A stretch of DNA of 62,854 nucleotides, the filler included, from Gonapodya sp. JEL0774 (lineage: Eukaryota), in assembly GCA_027604505.1 (NCBI GenBank). It is 15 parts of 15 records of this genome, joined end to end, with 100 filler letters (N's around TTAATTAATTAA, not from the genome) between each part and the next. Parts side by side here need not be neighbours in the genome. Positions count along the whole stretch, not along the records: positions 21,062 to 25,158 come from JADIIX010001044.1; positions 25,259 to 29,353 come from JADIIX010001045.1; positions 29,454 to 33,547 come from JADIIX010001046.1; positions 33,648 to 37,740 come from JADIIX010001047.1; 11 more parts are not named here. The stretch is one strand, 5' to 3'. A program made the translations under genes and the position numbers. Under the pieces are notes generated by a model. It saw only the letters and a program-made list of their open reading frames with translations, did no database searches and was not told where the DNA came from. Of the stretch, positions 22,085-34,585 are shown piece after piece (within the stretch, counting starts at the first letter, position 1; every line of letters starts with the position of its first letter).

Positions 22085-24234
22085 ATGGAGAAAGTAGAAG
22101 TGAAAGCTCAGAGTGCCATTAACTCCAAGGTATGTGCGTGCATTTTGTACACTGTCGGAAATTTGCTGGGAGTATCGTTGTCACGAACAATGGAGGGAAT
22201 GTGCGACTTGTCGGAAGCTTTTTCCCTGATGACTTTGTTCACCAGGGTTTTCCAACTTCACAAATTGAACAGGTCTCCAACTATCCTTCTCTGGTGCCTC
22301 GTGATGCCTTGGTCGTGGGTACAATCTGTGCGTCGCAGTTTTTGAACGCTTACACCACTGGCTCCGGTAAGTCATTGTAACCTAGTTATTCAGCTCCACC
22401 CCCTCCATGCCGACGACTTCCTTGGGCGTTCGTAGTTGCGATCGCTCTGCCGACTCTCGCGAAGCAGTTCTCTATCCCACCGAGCAACCTAGAATGGCCC
22501 AACACCGCAATGCTCATTTCCTTCGGTGGTTTGCTGTTACTCTGTGGACGTTTGGCCGATATTTACGGTCGCCGTAGGATGTTTTCTCTCGGTTCTCTGT
22601 GGTTCGCTGTTTTCAGTGTCTTTATTGGGTTCAGTCAGAGCGAGATATGGCTGATTCTCGGACTGGGACTGTTGGGGATCGGAGGTGCAATGAACATTCC
22701 CGCTGGAATGGGACTCCTCTCAACCTACTTCCCTGATGTGAAAAAGAGTAACGTAGCGCTATCCTTTTTTGGAGCTATGAATGTGAGGTCATGGTGGTCT
22801 TCGTTTTCACATATTGCTCAGCTGCCGTTGCTGATAATTCGCTTTACATAAGCCCTTAGGCGCTGTTTGTGGCAACGTTATCGGAGGAGTTCTCACCGAG
22901 AAAGTCTCGTGGCGAGTATCTTTCTTCCTTGGTGGAGGGCTGTCCCTTGCATCGGCGGTTGGAGCTCTCCTCTTGATACCGGCCACCCTCGACAGAAGTC
23001 ACGAGGACATCCCCGATGGAAGCGAAGATTATCAGTCAACTCGGCCCTCGGTGGATTGGATTGGGGGTCTGCTCATTACGAGTTCCATTGTGCTTCTAAC
23101 ATTTGCGCTCAGGTATGTTTTAATGCCACCACACCTCGCCAACCTTCCCGTTTTATTCAGTACTAACATGTAATTTGATTTCGGAACATAGCGACGGCTC
23201 GATCGCACCATCGGGCTTCGCGACGTGGTACATCGTACTCTCCCTGGTTGTCGTAGTCCCACTCATCGTTGTTTTCATTTACTTCGAAGCGAAAATTGCC
23301 AGAGATCCTCTGCTTCCAATGGGTCTTTGGCGCATTCATAACTTCGGCAAACTTGTCGGACTGTCCGCTTTGGTTCAAATGGGATTCCAAACCTTCGCAT
23401 TGCATGTGCCTCTGGTGTGAGTGAGCGAAAAGATGGTTGGCTGCGAGTGCAATCGACATTCATCGCGGTATTGTACCTTTCTCTTCGCACACAAACAGGT
23501 TTCAGAACGTCAACGGATACAGCCCACTCGAAGCGGCGTTCCATTTCATCCCGATGACAATTCAAGGTTTTATTGTTGCTGTAGCCGCGGGTTTCATTGG
23601 TGAGCTTGAGATGCGCTGATATTGAAACATCTGAGATTCACGCCTCGTCCCGATGCAATCACAGTGTCTGTTTACAAAGTTCTACGTCCGCTCATTGTAG
23701 GCGGCCTTTTGATCATGATCTCCGCGGCAGTTCTCCTCGCGAATAATTATGTGTCGAATTCCTATTGGGAGAGAGAGTTCCCTGCTCTCGTCCTGGTGAG
23801 TGACGAATTTTTCAAATCACTGAATCAACTCTAAACACACTCATTGCTCTTGGATTCGGCAGATCGTGACGGGATTCGATATTGTATTCAATGTATTCTC
23901 CATTGGTATTGTGTCACTTGTGCACCTCCCTCAACGCTCCCTTGCCGCTGGAGTTTTCAGCACCGCCGTAAACATTGGCAGTGCAGTTGGGCTCGCTCTG
24001 TCTTCCACCGTCTCTTCGAGCATCATCAGGACGCATCCCATCGCAGAGGACGGCGTGGTTGCTCCAGAGGTGTACGCCGAAGCATACAGGGCAGTTTATT
24101 GGATGTCCGCAGCTGCTATGGCGTTGGCAGCTCTTGTATGCACTCTCGTTGTCAGAGGGAGCTTGGTGAATGTAGCTTACGACTCGCCGTTATCCGGATT
24201 GGACGAGGAGGTTGAACTGGGAGCCGATAAGTAG
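22085..24234 (+). CDS. MFS drug:H+ antiporter (DHA2/Atr1-like), multi-exon
   Basis: Contains FGGLLLLCGRLADIYGRRRMF (motif A), GIGGAMNIPAGMGLL, VDWIGGLLIT, RDPLLPMGLW, GYSPLEAAFHFIP, YWEREFPALVL and QRSLAAGVFSTAVNIGSAVGLAL. Stop at 24234. Confidence 0.88.
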
Positions 24235-24539
24235 TCGGATGCATTTCCCGTACATTATAGATGTTAGATCAGTCTCATAGATGACCAGTGTATATTCATT
24301 CCGTAATCTCCGTTGTGCCCAAAATCATATTGTTGTTGGAAAGTAAGGTATTTTTTGCCCTTCACGATGTGGAACAGAACAGAGATCATTGCCGCAAGGA
24401 GCCTATGCAGGTGCATAGTTCAATACCGCCGAAAGGTTCGCCGAGACCAACTACATAGACCCCAACGTCTTTACAAAGCAGGATGGGATACTGCTCAGTG
24501 CTCTTAGTGTCAATCCTGTTATGTTTTTGCACGAGAATC

Positions 24540-25158
24540 GCAGATGGCGTACCATTCACTGGAACCAGTGTGGCTTCCGAATGTTCTGTGAGTCAGCTTG
24601 TCTGGCCTCACTGTTGAGACAAGTACATGAACTGTTACATTTGCCGACAATCTTCGGATGACAGGTTATTGAAGGGATGTATGATAACTCTGGAAAAGCA
24701 CTCTTTTGGACAAGAGGGAACTGCTGCAGAGAACTTGGCGACGAGCCCACGGTCATTCCATCCATCTCCTGCTCCTCTACGGGACACATCACCGGGATAC
24801 AACTGGTTTGTTTGTTGCACATCGCGGGCTATTTGATGGAGACGTCGTGGATTCTCAATCCACTCTTATGAAAACACTCAGTCCAACCAAAATATCACAT
24901 CCGGATTCCCCTCGTTCACCGGAATTCCGACTCTAAGATATATTTCCCTCGACAGGAACAGTCTCACTGGACCTATACCGGCCGGAGCTTTCCGGGGATT
25001 GGTGGGACTGTTTCATATCGATGTTCACCAGAACAAACTCATTGGTCCGGTGCCAAACCTTACGGACACAGCACTTGTGGAATTCCTGATCTACGGGAAC
25101 AGTTTCAGTGGTAGCATTGATGGACTACTCCCATCTTCCGTAACCACCTGTGGTATCG
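24540..25158 (+). CDS. Plant-type LRR protein fragment (Cys cap + LxxLxLxxNxLxGxIP repeats)
   Basis: Cys cap GNCCRELG..ISCSSTGHITGIQL, then RNSLTGPIP, HIDVHQNKLIGPVP and FLIYGNSFSGSI. Start uncertain; 3'-truncated. Confidence 0.6.
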
Positions 25159-25258
25159 NNNNNNNNNNNNNNNNNNNNNNNNNNNNNNNNNNNNNNNNNN
25201 NNTTAATTAATTAANNNNNNNNNNNNNNNNNNNNNNNNNNNNNNNNNNNNNNNNNNNN

Positions 25259-28200
25259 GAAAAGTGCGAGCTGAATGTTCTTCCGGTACTCAACAACCTT
25301 TTGGAGAACCGAGAAGTCAACTTGGAAGATGGCCGTCATGTAAGTGTGGGATAACTCATTTGTTTACACTAGACCGTCACATGATCATGGAAGTTGCTCC
25401 ATCGCAGCTTGTGAACCCTTCATTCTACGATAATCTCCTTCGCTCTGGTAATACTCAAGCGGAATTGGATTCCTGGAAGCTCGTCCGCGTCTCTCCTAAC
25501 TTTCGAGTCATTGCTCTCGGGATCCCTGTCCCACCGTACCGTGGAAACCCACTGGACCCGCCTTTCCGGTCTCGCTTTCAGGTGCGCTGGGTGGACGGGT
25601 GGGGTATCGGCGCCAGTCGGCTGGCTCAATCGGTGATCGTCAAGGGAAAAGAGCGATTGGGAAATGCAGGGGGGGTTGCAGAAGTCATGAAGGACGTGGT
25701 CTTCTTGATGGAAACAATCCGGTTCTCAAGCAAAATAGGTAAGCCCTGTTTCATAGGTTTTTAATAAGCGATAAGCGATCGAGAAAGTCACTTTGATCTC
25801 GATGCGCATGCAGATGATCCCATCTCTTCTTCCGGAGGGAGCGCCAATCTCCTCCCTTCCTTCCCACAAATCTCACTCCCAACTTTACTGGCAATCACTA
25901 CCATGTTCCCTGACGAATGTACCCCCAATTATTCCAGTTCTCTCATTGAACGCATCTTTCCATACCCGGGGCTGGCGGGAGGAATGAACCGAGACCAAAC
26001 AGATGCGTGGATGGGCTACCTTAGCCAGTTCAAGATGATCCCTCCCAACATCACAGCGCCTCCAAAGGCTCGGAGAAAATCTGTCATGGATAAACCACCC
26101 ACTGCACCATCATCTGATGATGCAGATGCCCCCGCTGGTCTCGAATCTGTCCGACGAATGATGGCGGCCGCCAAAAACGCCAAAGTCGCCGCGGAAGCAG
26201 CAGTCGTCCGAAAGGAATTCGACCACTTTGTGGCTTCGCTCAGGCGTAACGCTCGCAGGAGTGCTTACGAATTGGTCAGTGCGAGGCGGGCGGACACTGA
26301 GCGTCTTTCGGGTCGGGGGAACTCGCAAGTGCCAGGTCCGAAGGTTGCCCTCACTTTCCGAGCGAGAAATGTCGGTATGTCTGGGACAAACGAGATTGAA
26401 GTCCTCATGTCAGCCGGTCCAGCGCCTATCGTGCAGCCAACAGGAACAGCTTCTGATGGTTTTGCAACGGTAGTGAAGAACCGAAACGGGGAGATCCTTG
26501 TCGACATTCCTCGATACAGGGACGCAGTTACGCGGATGGCTCAAGCCCATGCACTTGGAATGGATTTTTGTGTGGTGGGGCCAAGAGGTTCCGGAAAGTC
26601 TACCGCATTGAGGTTCGTGTGGATGAATAATTGAAAGTGGTGTTGCTACACGTCGAAGTTTAACTGCTCTCTACTTCCTCAACTGCTAGACGATTTGCTG
26701 CGATACTTGGTTACGATGCTGGGTACACAGAGAGCGTGCATTGCTATAAAGAAATGACTGCTCGTGACCTACTGCAACGCAGGGGCACACGTCGGGATGG
26801 AAGTACTTACTGGGAGAACTCAAATCTCGTGACGAGCGCTATTGAGGGGAAGTTGTGTATCTTGGACGGAATCGAAATGCTTGAGGGAGGGACACTTGCA
26901 AGCTTGCAGCGACTTACACAAGACCGGTGAGAGATTCATTCGTTGTCAATCTCCCGACCATTCATCTTGAACGTTTCGAATTCAGTGAAATTCCCCTTCC
27001 AGACGGTAGCTGGCTCACGTCGTTTGCCAACTTCAACGCTCTGTGTGCCCGAACGAAGCTTTCTCCCGAGGAGCTTATTTCCGGTCGCAAAGTTATCCCA
27101 ATTCATCCTTCGTTCCGGCTCGTTGCAATGGCGTCAACGCCATTGAACCCCAACAGCTCCGGAACTCTCCTTGAGAACCTTCCGTGGCTAACCGAGGAGG
27201 TCGTCAACATGTTTCATTTCGTCGTTTGGGGCCAGATGGAGAGGCTGGAGGAGGAAGAGATTGTTGCCTGTGAGTGCTTGAAGCTTCTGCCTCTACCCAT
27301 CAAATGCGTCCGGACCCTCTGACGCGGTACCATTCCACATCCATCAGCCGTCACAAACTGCCCACAAGGTCCGATGTCCCAACTCTTCGACTTTGCCCAG
27401 CGTCTTCGCTTCATGGGAGATGATGAGGGTCAAGGTGCCAGTTTATCCAAGTCGGCGGCGCTTTCCACACGACAACTCATTCGTATCGGTCGGCGACTTG
27501 CTGAGCACGAGGACGAAGATCTGTACCGCGCGATCAATCGCGCATGTCTGGGTCCGTTTTTGCCCCTGCCTGCGAAGGAAACTCTGGAGGGTTTGCTCGA
27601 GGATGTGGGCATAAAAGAGCGGAAGCTACAAAAAGTGGGTGATTCCGCCAGAAATCTTGTTACCCCGGAGGAAGAATTCCCGACGACACTCACTCTAGGA
27701 CGTCCGGAAACCTTACATCACTTCCAATCCACCCCGCCTCCACATTGGAGATGTATCCATTCCCGTTTTCCAAATTTCCGGAGACGATCCAGAGGGTGCT
27801 GCTCTCGTCCCACGGGTACCTACGACATTCTTCGACAACGATTTGCACACGCTGGTGATGCGGGAGATGGCGATCGACTTCAATGGCGGTGAGCACCTTC
27901 TTCTTATAGGGAACCAAGGAGTGGGGAAGAACAGGTGAGCTCCCATTCGGAATGCAGAACTAGTATCCTGTCCGTCCGTGAAACTTAGTGACCGAAATAT
28001 TAATAAGGCTGACTGACCGCTTCTTGGAGCTGATCAACCGCCCACGAGAGTATATTCAGCTTCATCGGTACGTGTTCTGCTCACTAGGAGTATCCAAAGG
28101 CCTTTATATCTCACTCCATTGATACACAGCGATACGACCGTGCAAGCATTGATGGTCCAACCCACTGTCGAGAATGGTGTCATATTCTACAAGGACTCCC

Positions 28201-29353
28201 CTCTTGTTCGCGCTGTGAAGGCAGGCCGTGTGCTTGTGGTCGACGAGGCGGACAAGGCTCCTGTGTACATTACTGCGGTACTCAAGTCATTGGCGGAAAA
28301 TGGGGAAATGAACCTTTCCGATGGACGGAAGATCCGTCCGGCGTCCGCTGCGGGCACAGGAGCGGTGCGGGAAAACGATATCGTTCTGCACCCTGTACGT
28401 TTGAAGAAACTGCTTTGAGATTGTCTGGTCAAAATCACAGATACTCACGAGGAACCTGTTTTGATGACGCTCCACAGAACTTCCGCTTGATTCTCCTGGC
28501 AAACCGTCCCGGATACCCCTTCTTGGGAAACGATTTCTACAGCCAGATCGGTGACGTCTTTTCCACCCACGCCGTTGACAACCCGGATGAAGACTCCGAG
28601 CTGGAGCTCTTGGCTCAAATGGCTCCGGAGATTCTGAAGGGCCGGTTGCGACGATTGGTTGCCGTTTTCGCCGAGCTCAGACGAGCCTTTGACGACGGTT
28701 TGGTGTCGTATCCGTTCTCACTGCGGGAGCTGATCAACGTAGTGAAGCATATGAAGGTGGGCTGTTGTGTGGAAAGACTCGCGGTTTGCTTGCAGTTCAC
28801 TTTTCCATGCTATTTCAGAAATACCCCGACGAGCCACTCGATTCCGTTCTTCGCAACGTTTTCGACTTTGATGTTACACGGAAGGAATACCACGATCTCC
28901 TTATCAACATATTGGACAAGCACAGGTACTGGAACCCTGATGGGTTCTTCGACTCGATTTCCGCCGGAAACTGACCAGCGGCCCATCTTGCTTAACCATC
29001 AAGCGTACCGAAACGTGAGCTCCGTTTGGGCCCGAACGCTCAAGAGGGCAACCGACCGCTCTCCAGTAAAGAACCTTTCGCTTTGCAATACGACGGACCG
29101 TCGCCTGTGGTAGGTTATTTTCTCTCTCTCTCTCCCACCCACCCCGCTTCCTTCCGTCATATTTTCACACACACTCCCTTGTCAGCTCGAAGTTCCCGAC
29201 CACGAAGGTGCCGACGACGGCGACGAGCACAAGGGCGGGAACCAGTTCCAAGGCGTCGGTGGGTCCTCTACTCCGGGCCAAGGTGGAACTTCGGGCCCGT
29301 ACCGACTCAACAAGGGCGCGGAGTCGTCGCCCGTGTTTCAAATCGCCGAACAG
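25259..29353 (+). CDS. VWA8: VWA8 (KIAA0564)-like multi-AAA+ ATPase, internal portion
   Basis: Contains NVLPVLNNLLENREVNLEDGR, FRVIALGIPVPPYRGNPLDPPFRSRFQ, Walker A GPRGSGKS, YKEMTARDLLQRR and HLLLIGNQGVGKN. Also EYIQLHRDTTVQ, LVVDEADKAP and LANRPGYPFLGNDF. Confidence 0.9.
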
Positions 29354-29453
29354 NNNNNNNNNNNNNNNNNNNNNNNNNNNNNNNNNNNNNNNNNNNNTTA
29401 ATTAATTAANNNNNNNNNNNNNNNNNNNNNNNNNNNNNNNNNNNNNNNNNNNN

Positions 29454-30773
29454 CGCGGACCGCAGGTATACTCGGGGTCGCTCGACAGATTTGAAAAGTT
29501 CCAAGTCACGCCCCACATCGGACTCGAGTTTCGCGGGCACATTCAGCTGCAGGAACTTAGCGATCTCGAGGTTGGTGGAGATTGGTGAAACTCGGACACG
29601 CGAGCGATTATAATATTATGGGTCATCGTGACAGCTGGAAGACCTGAGCATACTCGTCTCGCAGCACGGAGTGGTGTTCCTCAGGCAGCAGAACCTCTCC
29701 GCCGAAGCGCAGATCGAAATCGGCAAGAGATTATGTGAGCAAGCGCTTCTCTTCTTCCTCGCTTTACATGACTCATCCTCCGTACGGACGGACCGTCGGA
29801 CACCGGACACAAACTGCAGCCGACTCTCGGTCGGTGCACATATTCCCCATAAACCCACCGTCAAAGCCCGGGACATATGACGAGATCCGATATGTTACAA
29901 ACGAACACGACCGCTCAAACCAGAAAACAAATGCGGATGACTGGCATACCGAGTGAGTCTGTTTTTCACCGTACTGTTCGTCTGGGAACATTGGTAACGA
30001 GGTACTACCATCATTACAGTATTACATTCGAGAAGTTTCCGTCAAGCTACGCCATCCTGACAATAGTCGAAGGTCCAGAAGTCGGCGGTACGTCATTGCA
30101 CTGTCCTCCACTGACTTTTTGCATGTCGACCGATAACTGACATTCGTACGCCACTCACCAGGCGACACACTCTGGGCCTCGGGCTACGCCGCCTTCTCCA
30201 CACTCTCCCCCTCGCTCCAAACCTACCTCGAAACTCTGCACGCCGAACACGACGGGTCCCACTTTTACTCCATCGCTCAGAAGGCCGGGATCCCTTTCCG
30301 TACCGAACGGGGCGGTGGCAATGTGGGGGATGATTTGGTCGCGGTCCACCCCGTCGTGAGGACGAACCCGGTCACGGGCCGGAAGTCACTTTTTGTGAAC
30401 CAGCTGTTCACAAAAAGGATCGTGGAGTTGAACAAGGACGAGAGCGACGCGTTGTTGGGGTTTTTGTTCAGGCATGTCGAAAAGGGCGTTGAGTTTCAGG
30501 TCAGGAATCGGTGGAAGCCTGGGGACGCTGCGATTTGGGGTACGTTAGTCCACGGGCGTCCATGTCGACATCACGGTTGCAAATCTCAACAAAAGCAACT
30601 CACCCGTGTTCAACCCCCCCACTCCTCCGACAGACAACCGCTCCACCTTCCACGCAGCCATCCGCGATTTTCCCTCTCACATCATCCGCCGCGGTCGGCG
30701 TGTGCTTGCGTTGGGTGAGAAGCCGTTCTTGGACCGAGGCGGTACAAATGCACCAGGCGGAACGCAGGGGTAG
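29454..30773 (+). CDS. TauD/TfdA-family alpha-ketoglutarate-dependent (sulfonate) dioxygenase, 5'-truncated
   Basis: Contains TPHIGLEF, HGVVFLRQQ, WHTD|ITFE (HxD across an intron), GGDTLWASGYAAF, HPVVRTNPVTGRKSLFVN and W|DNRSTFH. Stop is TAG at 30773. Confidence 0.92.
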
Positions 30774-31665
30774 GGGAGAGTTGAGGAGAGAAAGGAACAG
30801 GGCAGTACTTAGAAATTCATACACACGTCAATAGAGTGTCACTTTCATTGTGTGTCTGTGTATCGTTGAACTGGTCGGGAGAGCATCTTGGATCTCACCC
30901 ACCCTCCGCACGCACGCATTGATGACCGATCAGTTTCATAGTCAAAGACGTGGACCTGGGTCGTTGGAACCATGTGAAGGAGTTGAAGGTGTGATCAACT
31001 GTCTCGTTGGGTCGGAGCGTGGAATTCGTGCATGTCCGCAAGTTGAAAAACCTTGAAACCGACTCCTGGTGGATCAGTTGGATCAGTCTTTTCAGTTCAA
31101 TGTAGTTCTTTACGATGTAGCAGCGTGCAGTGCGATTACTTGGTTCCACAAGTACGATCGAGACAAACTATACAGACGACAATGACGACCAAGGGGCGGG
31201 CGGCCAGAAACTCTCTCTAAGAAGCGTCCACTGGCGATGGGAGATGACGACAAGGGTTGGACCACAGAGGACTTCACAGCTTTTGTCTGCGAATTGTCTC
31301 CGAAGTGTCCCTGAAGTGTCCCCAGAGCCTTCGATCACGATTGAACAGCATATTTCACCCATATTTTGCAACCGCGAACGTTCGTCAAACCACGCTAGTA
31401 TTCTCCAATCAGGGAGATTGACTGTGTCTCCAATCCATCTTTAATACCCCAGCGATTTTGAGACCGCAGGTGATTGATTGAATTGAATCCCCACCACCTC
31501 CTATCGAACCAGTCTTCGTCTTTGGAGGTGGACATCGGATGTCGAAGTCAGGTGTAATCTTGTTGAGGATCCTTGAGATCGTCTGAAGAGTGAATCAAGG
31601 TTCTAACGAGCGCGGGCCACCGTTATTTCCATCCATTGTAGTCCCCCTGTCAACACAGGTGATTG

Positions 31666-32844
31666 ATGCCCTCACATTCGAAATCAGACAAGTTACCACC
31701 ATGGACGTTAGGGACTTTGGACATCCACCACATCGACACCAAATGCGGAAGTGCAACCTTCATAAAGTGCCCCGATGGGACGACCATGTTGCTTGATTGC
31801 GGAAACGGCCGAGACGAGTCCGTGGACCCAGGTTACGACGCTCGCCCGGACGGGCTTCGCAGGCACGGTCAGCTGGTGGCGCGATATGCCATGTTCCACG
31901 GTGACTGCACGACGTTGGATTATATCATCGCGACCCATGTTCATCCGGACCACGTCGGAGACGTCCACGGGGACGAGACGGCGAGAGGAGAGGGGTTCCA
32001 ACTGACGGGTCTCAGTGACGTGGACCAACTCATGCCTGCAACAGTGGTGATTGACCGCGCGTATCCGGATTATGGGTCGCGGCCGCCCCTCGCGTTACCG
32101 TTCGCAACCAACTACTTCGCATGGCTTCGTGCCAGACAGCAAGCCGGGCGTGAGGTAGCGCAAGTAGTTGTTGGCTCTGACAGGCAAATCACACTGAAAT
32201 CACCCGACGCGTACCCATCCTTCTCCTTCCGGACACTCGCTTCCAATGGTCAGGTGTGGAGTGGCCACGACCAAGAATGCCACACGCTGTTTCCAAACCT
32301 TGGCACCCTTCCACCAGAGGCGCTTCCAGATGAGAACAAGTGTTCCATTGCAGCCCTTCTGTCGTACGGTCGCTTTCGGTACTACTCTGGAGGGGATCTT
32401 TCGTTTGACACGTACGACGGACGCTATCCTTGGATGGATATTGAAACTGCAGTCGCCAAAGTCGCAGGGAAAGTCGATGTAGCTCTTGCCAATCACCACG
32501 GGTATTTTGATGCATGTGGACCCGAGTTCGTGAAGCACCTCGCTGCCAACACCTACATCATCCCCGCCTGGCACGACTCACATCCTGGTATTGCTCAGCT
32601 CCAGCGCTTGCTTGGAGCCTGGCCAGGTCAAAAGACAAGGACCAAGGTCTTTGCCACGGGTATGACAGCGATGAGCTGTGAGTTGAACAAACGCTTCCTC
32701 GGTGACATGTGCAGCACAAGGGGCCATGTGGTTGTGCGCGTTGCGCCAGGTGGTGAGAGCTACCGGATTTTCGTTCTTCGTAGCGATAGGGAGCTAGATT
32801 GTGTGATCGCCGAACACGGTCCTTTTGTATGCAATGATAAATAG
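31666..32844 (+). CDS. Intronless ComEC/Rec2-type metallo-beta-lactamase-fold hydrolase, bacterial-like
   Basis: Single ORF of 392 aa: PPWTLGTLDIHHIDT..DGTTMLLDCG, THVHPDHVG (HxHxDH), ENKCSIA..YGRFRYYSGGD, ANHHG and GHVVVRV. Confidence 0.85.
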   Translation: MPSHSKSDKLPPWTLGTLDIHHIDTKCGSATFIKCPDGTTMLLDCGNGRDESVDPGYDARPDGLRRHGQLVARYAMFHGDCTTLDYIIATHVHPDHVGDVHGDETARGEGFQLTGLSDVDQLMPATVVIDRAYPDYGSRPPLALPFATNYFAWLRARQQAGREVAQVVVGSDRQITLKSPDAYPSFSFRTLASNGQVWSGHDQECHTLFPNLGTLPPEALPDENKCSIAALLSYGRFRYYSGGDLSFDTYDGRYPWMDIETAVAKVAGKVDVALANHHGYFDACGPEFVKHLAANTYIIPAWHDSHPGIAQLQRLLGAWPGQKTRTKVFATGMTAMSCELNKRFLGDMCSTRGHVVVRVAPGGESYRIFVLRSDRELDCVIAEHGPFVCNDK

Positions 32845-33284
32845 AACGGAGAGTTCTTCCATGTCAGGAATCACTAATTCACTAATGCTTCACAAACACC
32901 GTTAACGGTTTTCGGACATGGTCATATCTTGAGATAAGATCAAGGTGTTGCCGCTCTTCGAGCTCTCTCATCAAACTGTACTATGTAGCACTGATTGTCT
33001 CCGGACCACCATAAATTATACGCCGAGTCTCGTTTGTTGTTGTGACACCACGTCAGATGTTCGGGTGTGATATGATGGTCCTGTCAATGTATGCGAGGGA
33101 GCTGAAGTCGTGTAGGAAACTACCAGCTGTATGCGAAAAGCAGTTAGCATTTTGTATTACCCCCCGGGATTGTGTCGCTAATGTGTGATTTGTCCGCTGA
33201 ATCAATCGGTTCTCGATCCCCCGACAAGAGCATATATACTGTGATTTGCCTGCAGCCCTCTCCGCGGGAAACTCAAACCCGATC

Positions 33285-33547
33285 ATGTCCTTCTCGATCT
33301 CGGTAATCGTCGCGATCGTCGCCGCGCTTTTCCTCCTCTACGAGCTCTACCGCAGGACATACCTGGATTACGGGGACGATGTACCGGTACGTTTGTTTGA
33401 ATTGTCCACGAGCAAAGTGAGGTGACAGCGAAGAGACCGTGATTTATTCAGGTTCGACTCGGCATTCCGGTCATCAATGCACCAAAGATTAGTGAAATCA
33501 GGACTTCACATCAGGCGACGCTGAAAGCTTTCCGGGAGCGGGGCGAG
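33285..33547 (+). CDS. Start of a membrane-anchored protein, possibly cytochrome P450 (truncated)
   Basis: N-terminal anchor MSFSISVIVAIVAALFLLYELYRR, then an intron and a Pro-containing segment (VP|VRLGIPVI). No catalytic motifs are visible. Confidence 0.4.
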
Positions 33548-33730
33548 NNNNNNNNNNNNNNNNNNNNNNNNNNNNNNNNNNNNNNNNNNNNTTAATTAAT
33601 TAANNNNNNNNNNNNNNNNNNNNNNNNNNNNNNNNNNNNNNNNNNNNGTGCAGGCGGATGAATCAATTTTCGCTTGAGGGCGATTCCCTGCTCACTCTCC
33701 TTCGTTCCGCAAAAGGAAACCAACACCGGA

Positions 33731-34585
33731 ATGGCCGGCTCCAGCTCCATCTCGCTGCTGGATCAAATGCGGAGCGAGCTGACCTGGTCCGTCCAAAATC
33801 TCTACAGCGTTTCACATAACACGTGACGGTCGTTGACGTAACGCTCTTTGTCCGTTCCCCCTTGGTTCCCCCTTTTCTGTCCTCTTTGCTATCTCCCAAT
33901 CTCAAGTCCAATTTGCTTGTCCATCTTTGTGGATCCCCGTATTCTTCCTTGCTCACATACCTTCTGCAGACATTGCTTGACTGCCCTGCACGAATCCTCC
34001 GCCGAGTCGATACCCCCTATTCTCCAGCTTCTCGGCCACAACTCTGTCAGCTCTGTGCCCTGTCCTGTATGCAAACGTGCATGCCACCTTCCGGCTGACG
34101 GTGTGAATGCACTCCCGCGCAATTTGCCTGCTCGCTCAATGTGTAATCTTGTTGAGCGGAACGGGCTGTCGGACATGGGCGACGGTGGGCGATCGTCTGG
34201 CTACGGTATTGGTACCAGAGAGGCGCCCGGTGATTCGGACGCGGATGATGCAGATGGGGATGAAGATTGGATCGATGCAGCTCCCTCTCCGACACCGTCG
34301 AACCCCCATCCCCATAGCGAGCTTTCCGATTCGCGAAGCCCACGAGCTTGCTCTCCTCCACCATCCTTTTTGATCCCACCAAGTCGCTCCTCCACCGTCC
34401 ATATCTCACCCGACCGCGAGTCGCCGTCCCTAATCGACTCATTCAGCACCTTTGTCTCGGACAACGCCACGCAAATCGCAGCCGTCGCAGCGCTTTTTTT
34501 GTCTGTGGGGGTGGCAAGCTACGCAGAGCAGGCTCGAATTCAGCGGGAGGAAGAAGAAAGAAGAAAGAGGAGGGCAAGGGAGTGA
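33731..34585 (+). CDS. RING-HC (TRIM-type RING) protein with C-terminal hydrophobic helix
   Basis: Exon 1 MAGSSSISLLDQMRSELTC splices to PICLSIFVDPRILPCSHTFCRHC..VPCPVCK..LPRN. Near the C-terminus is IAAVAALFLSVGVASYA followed by a basic tail. Confidence 0.85.
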
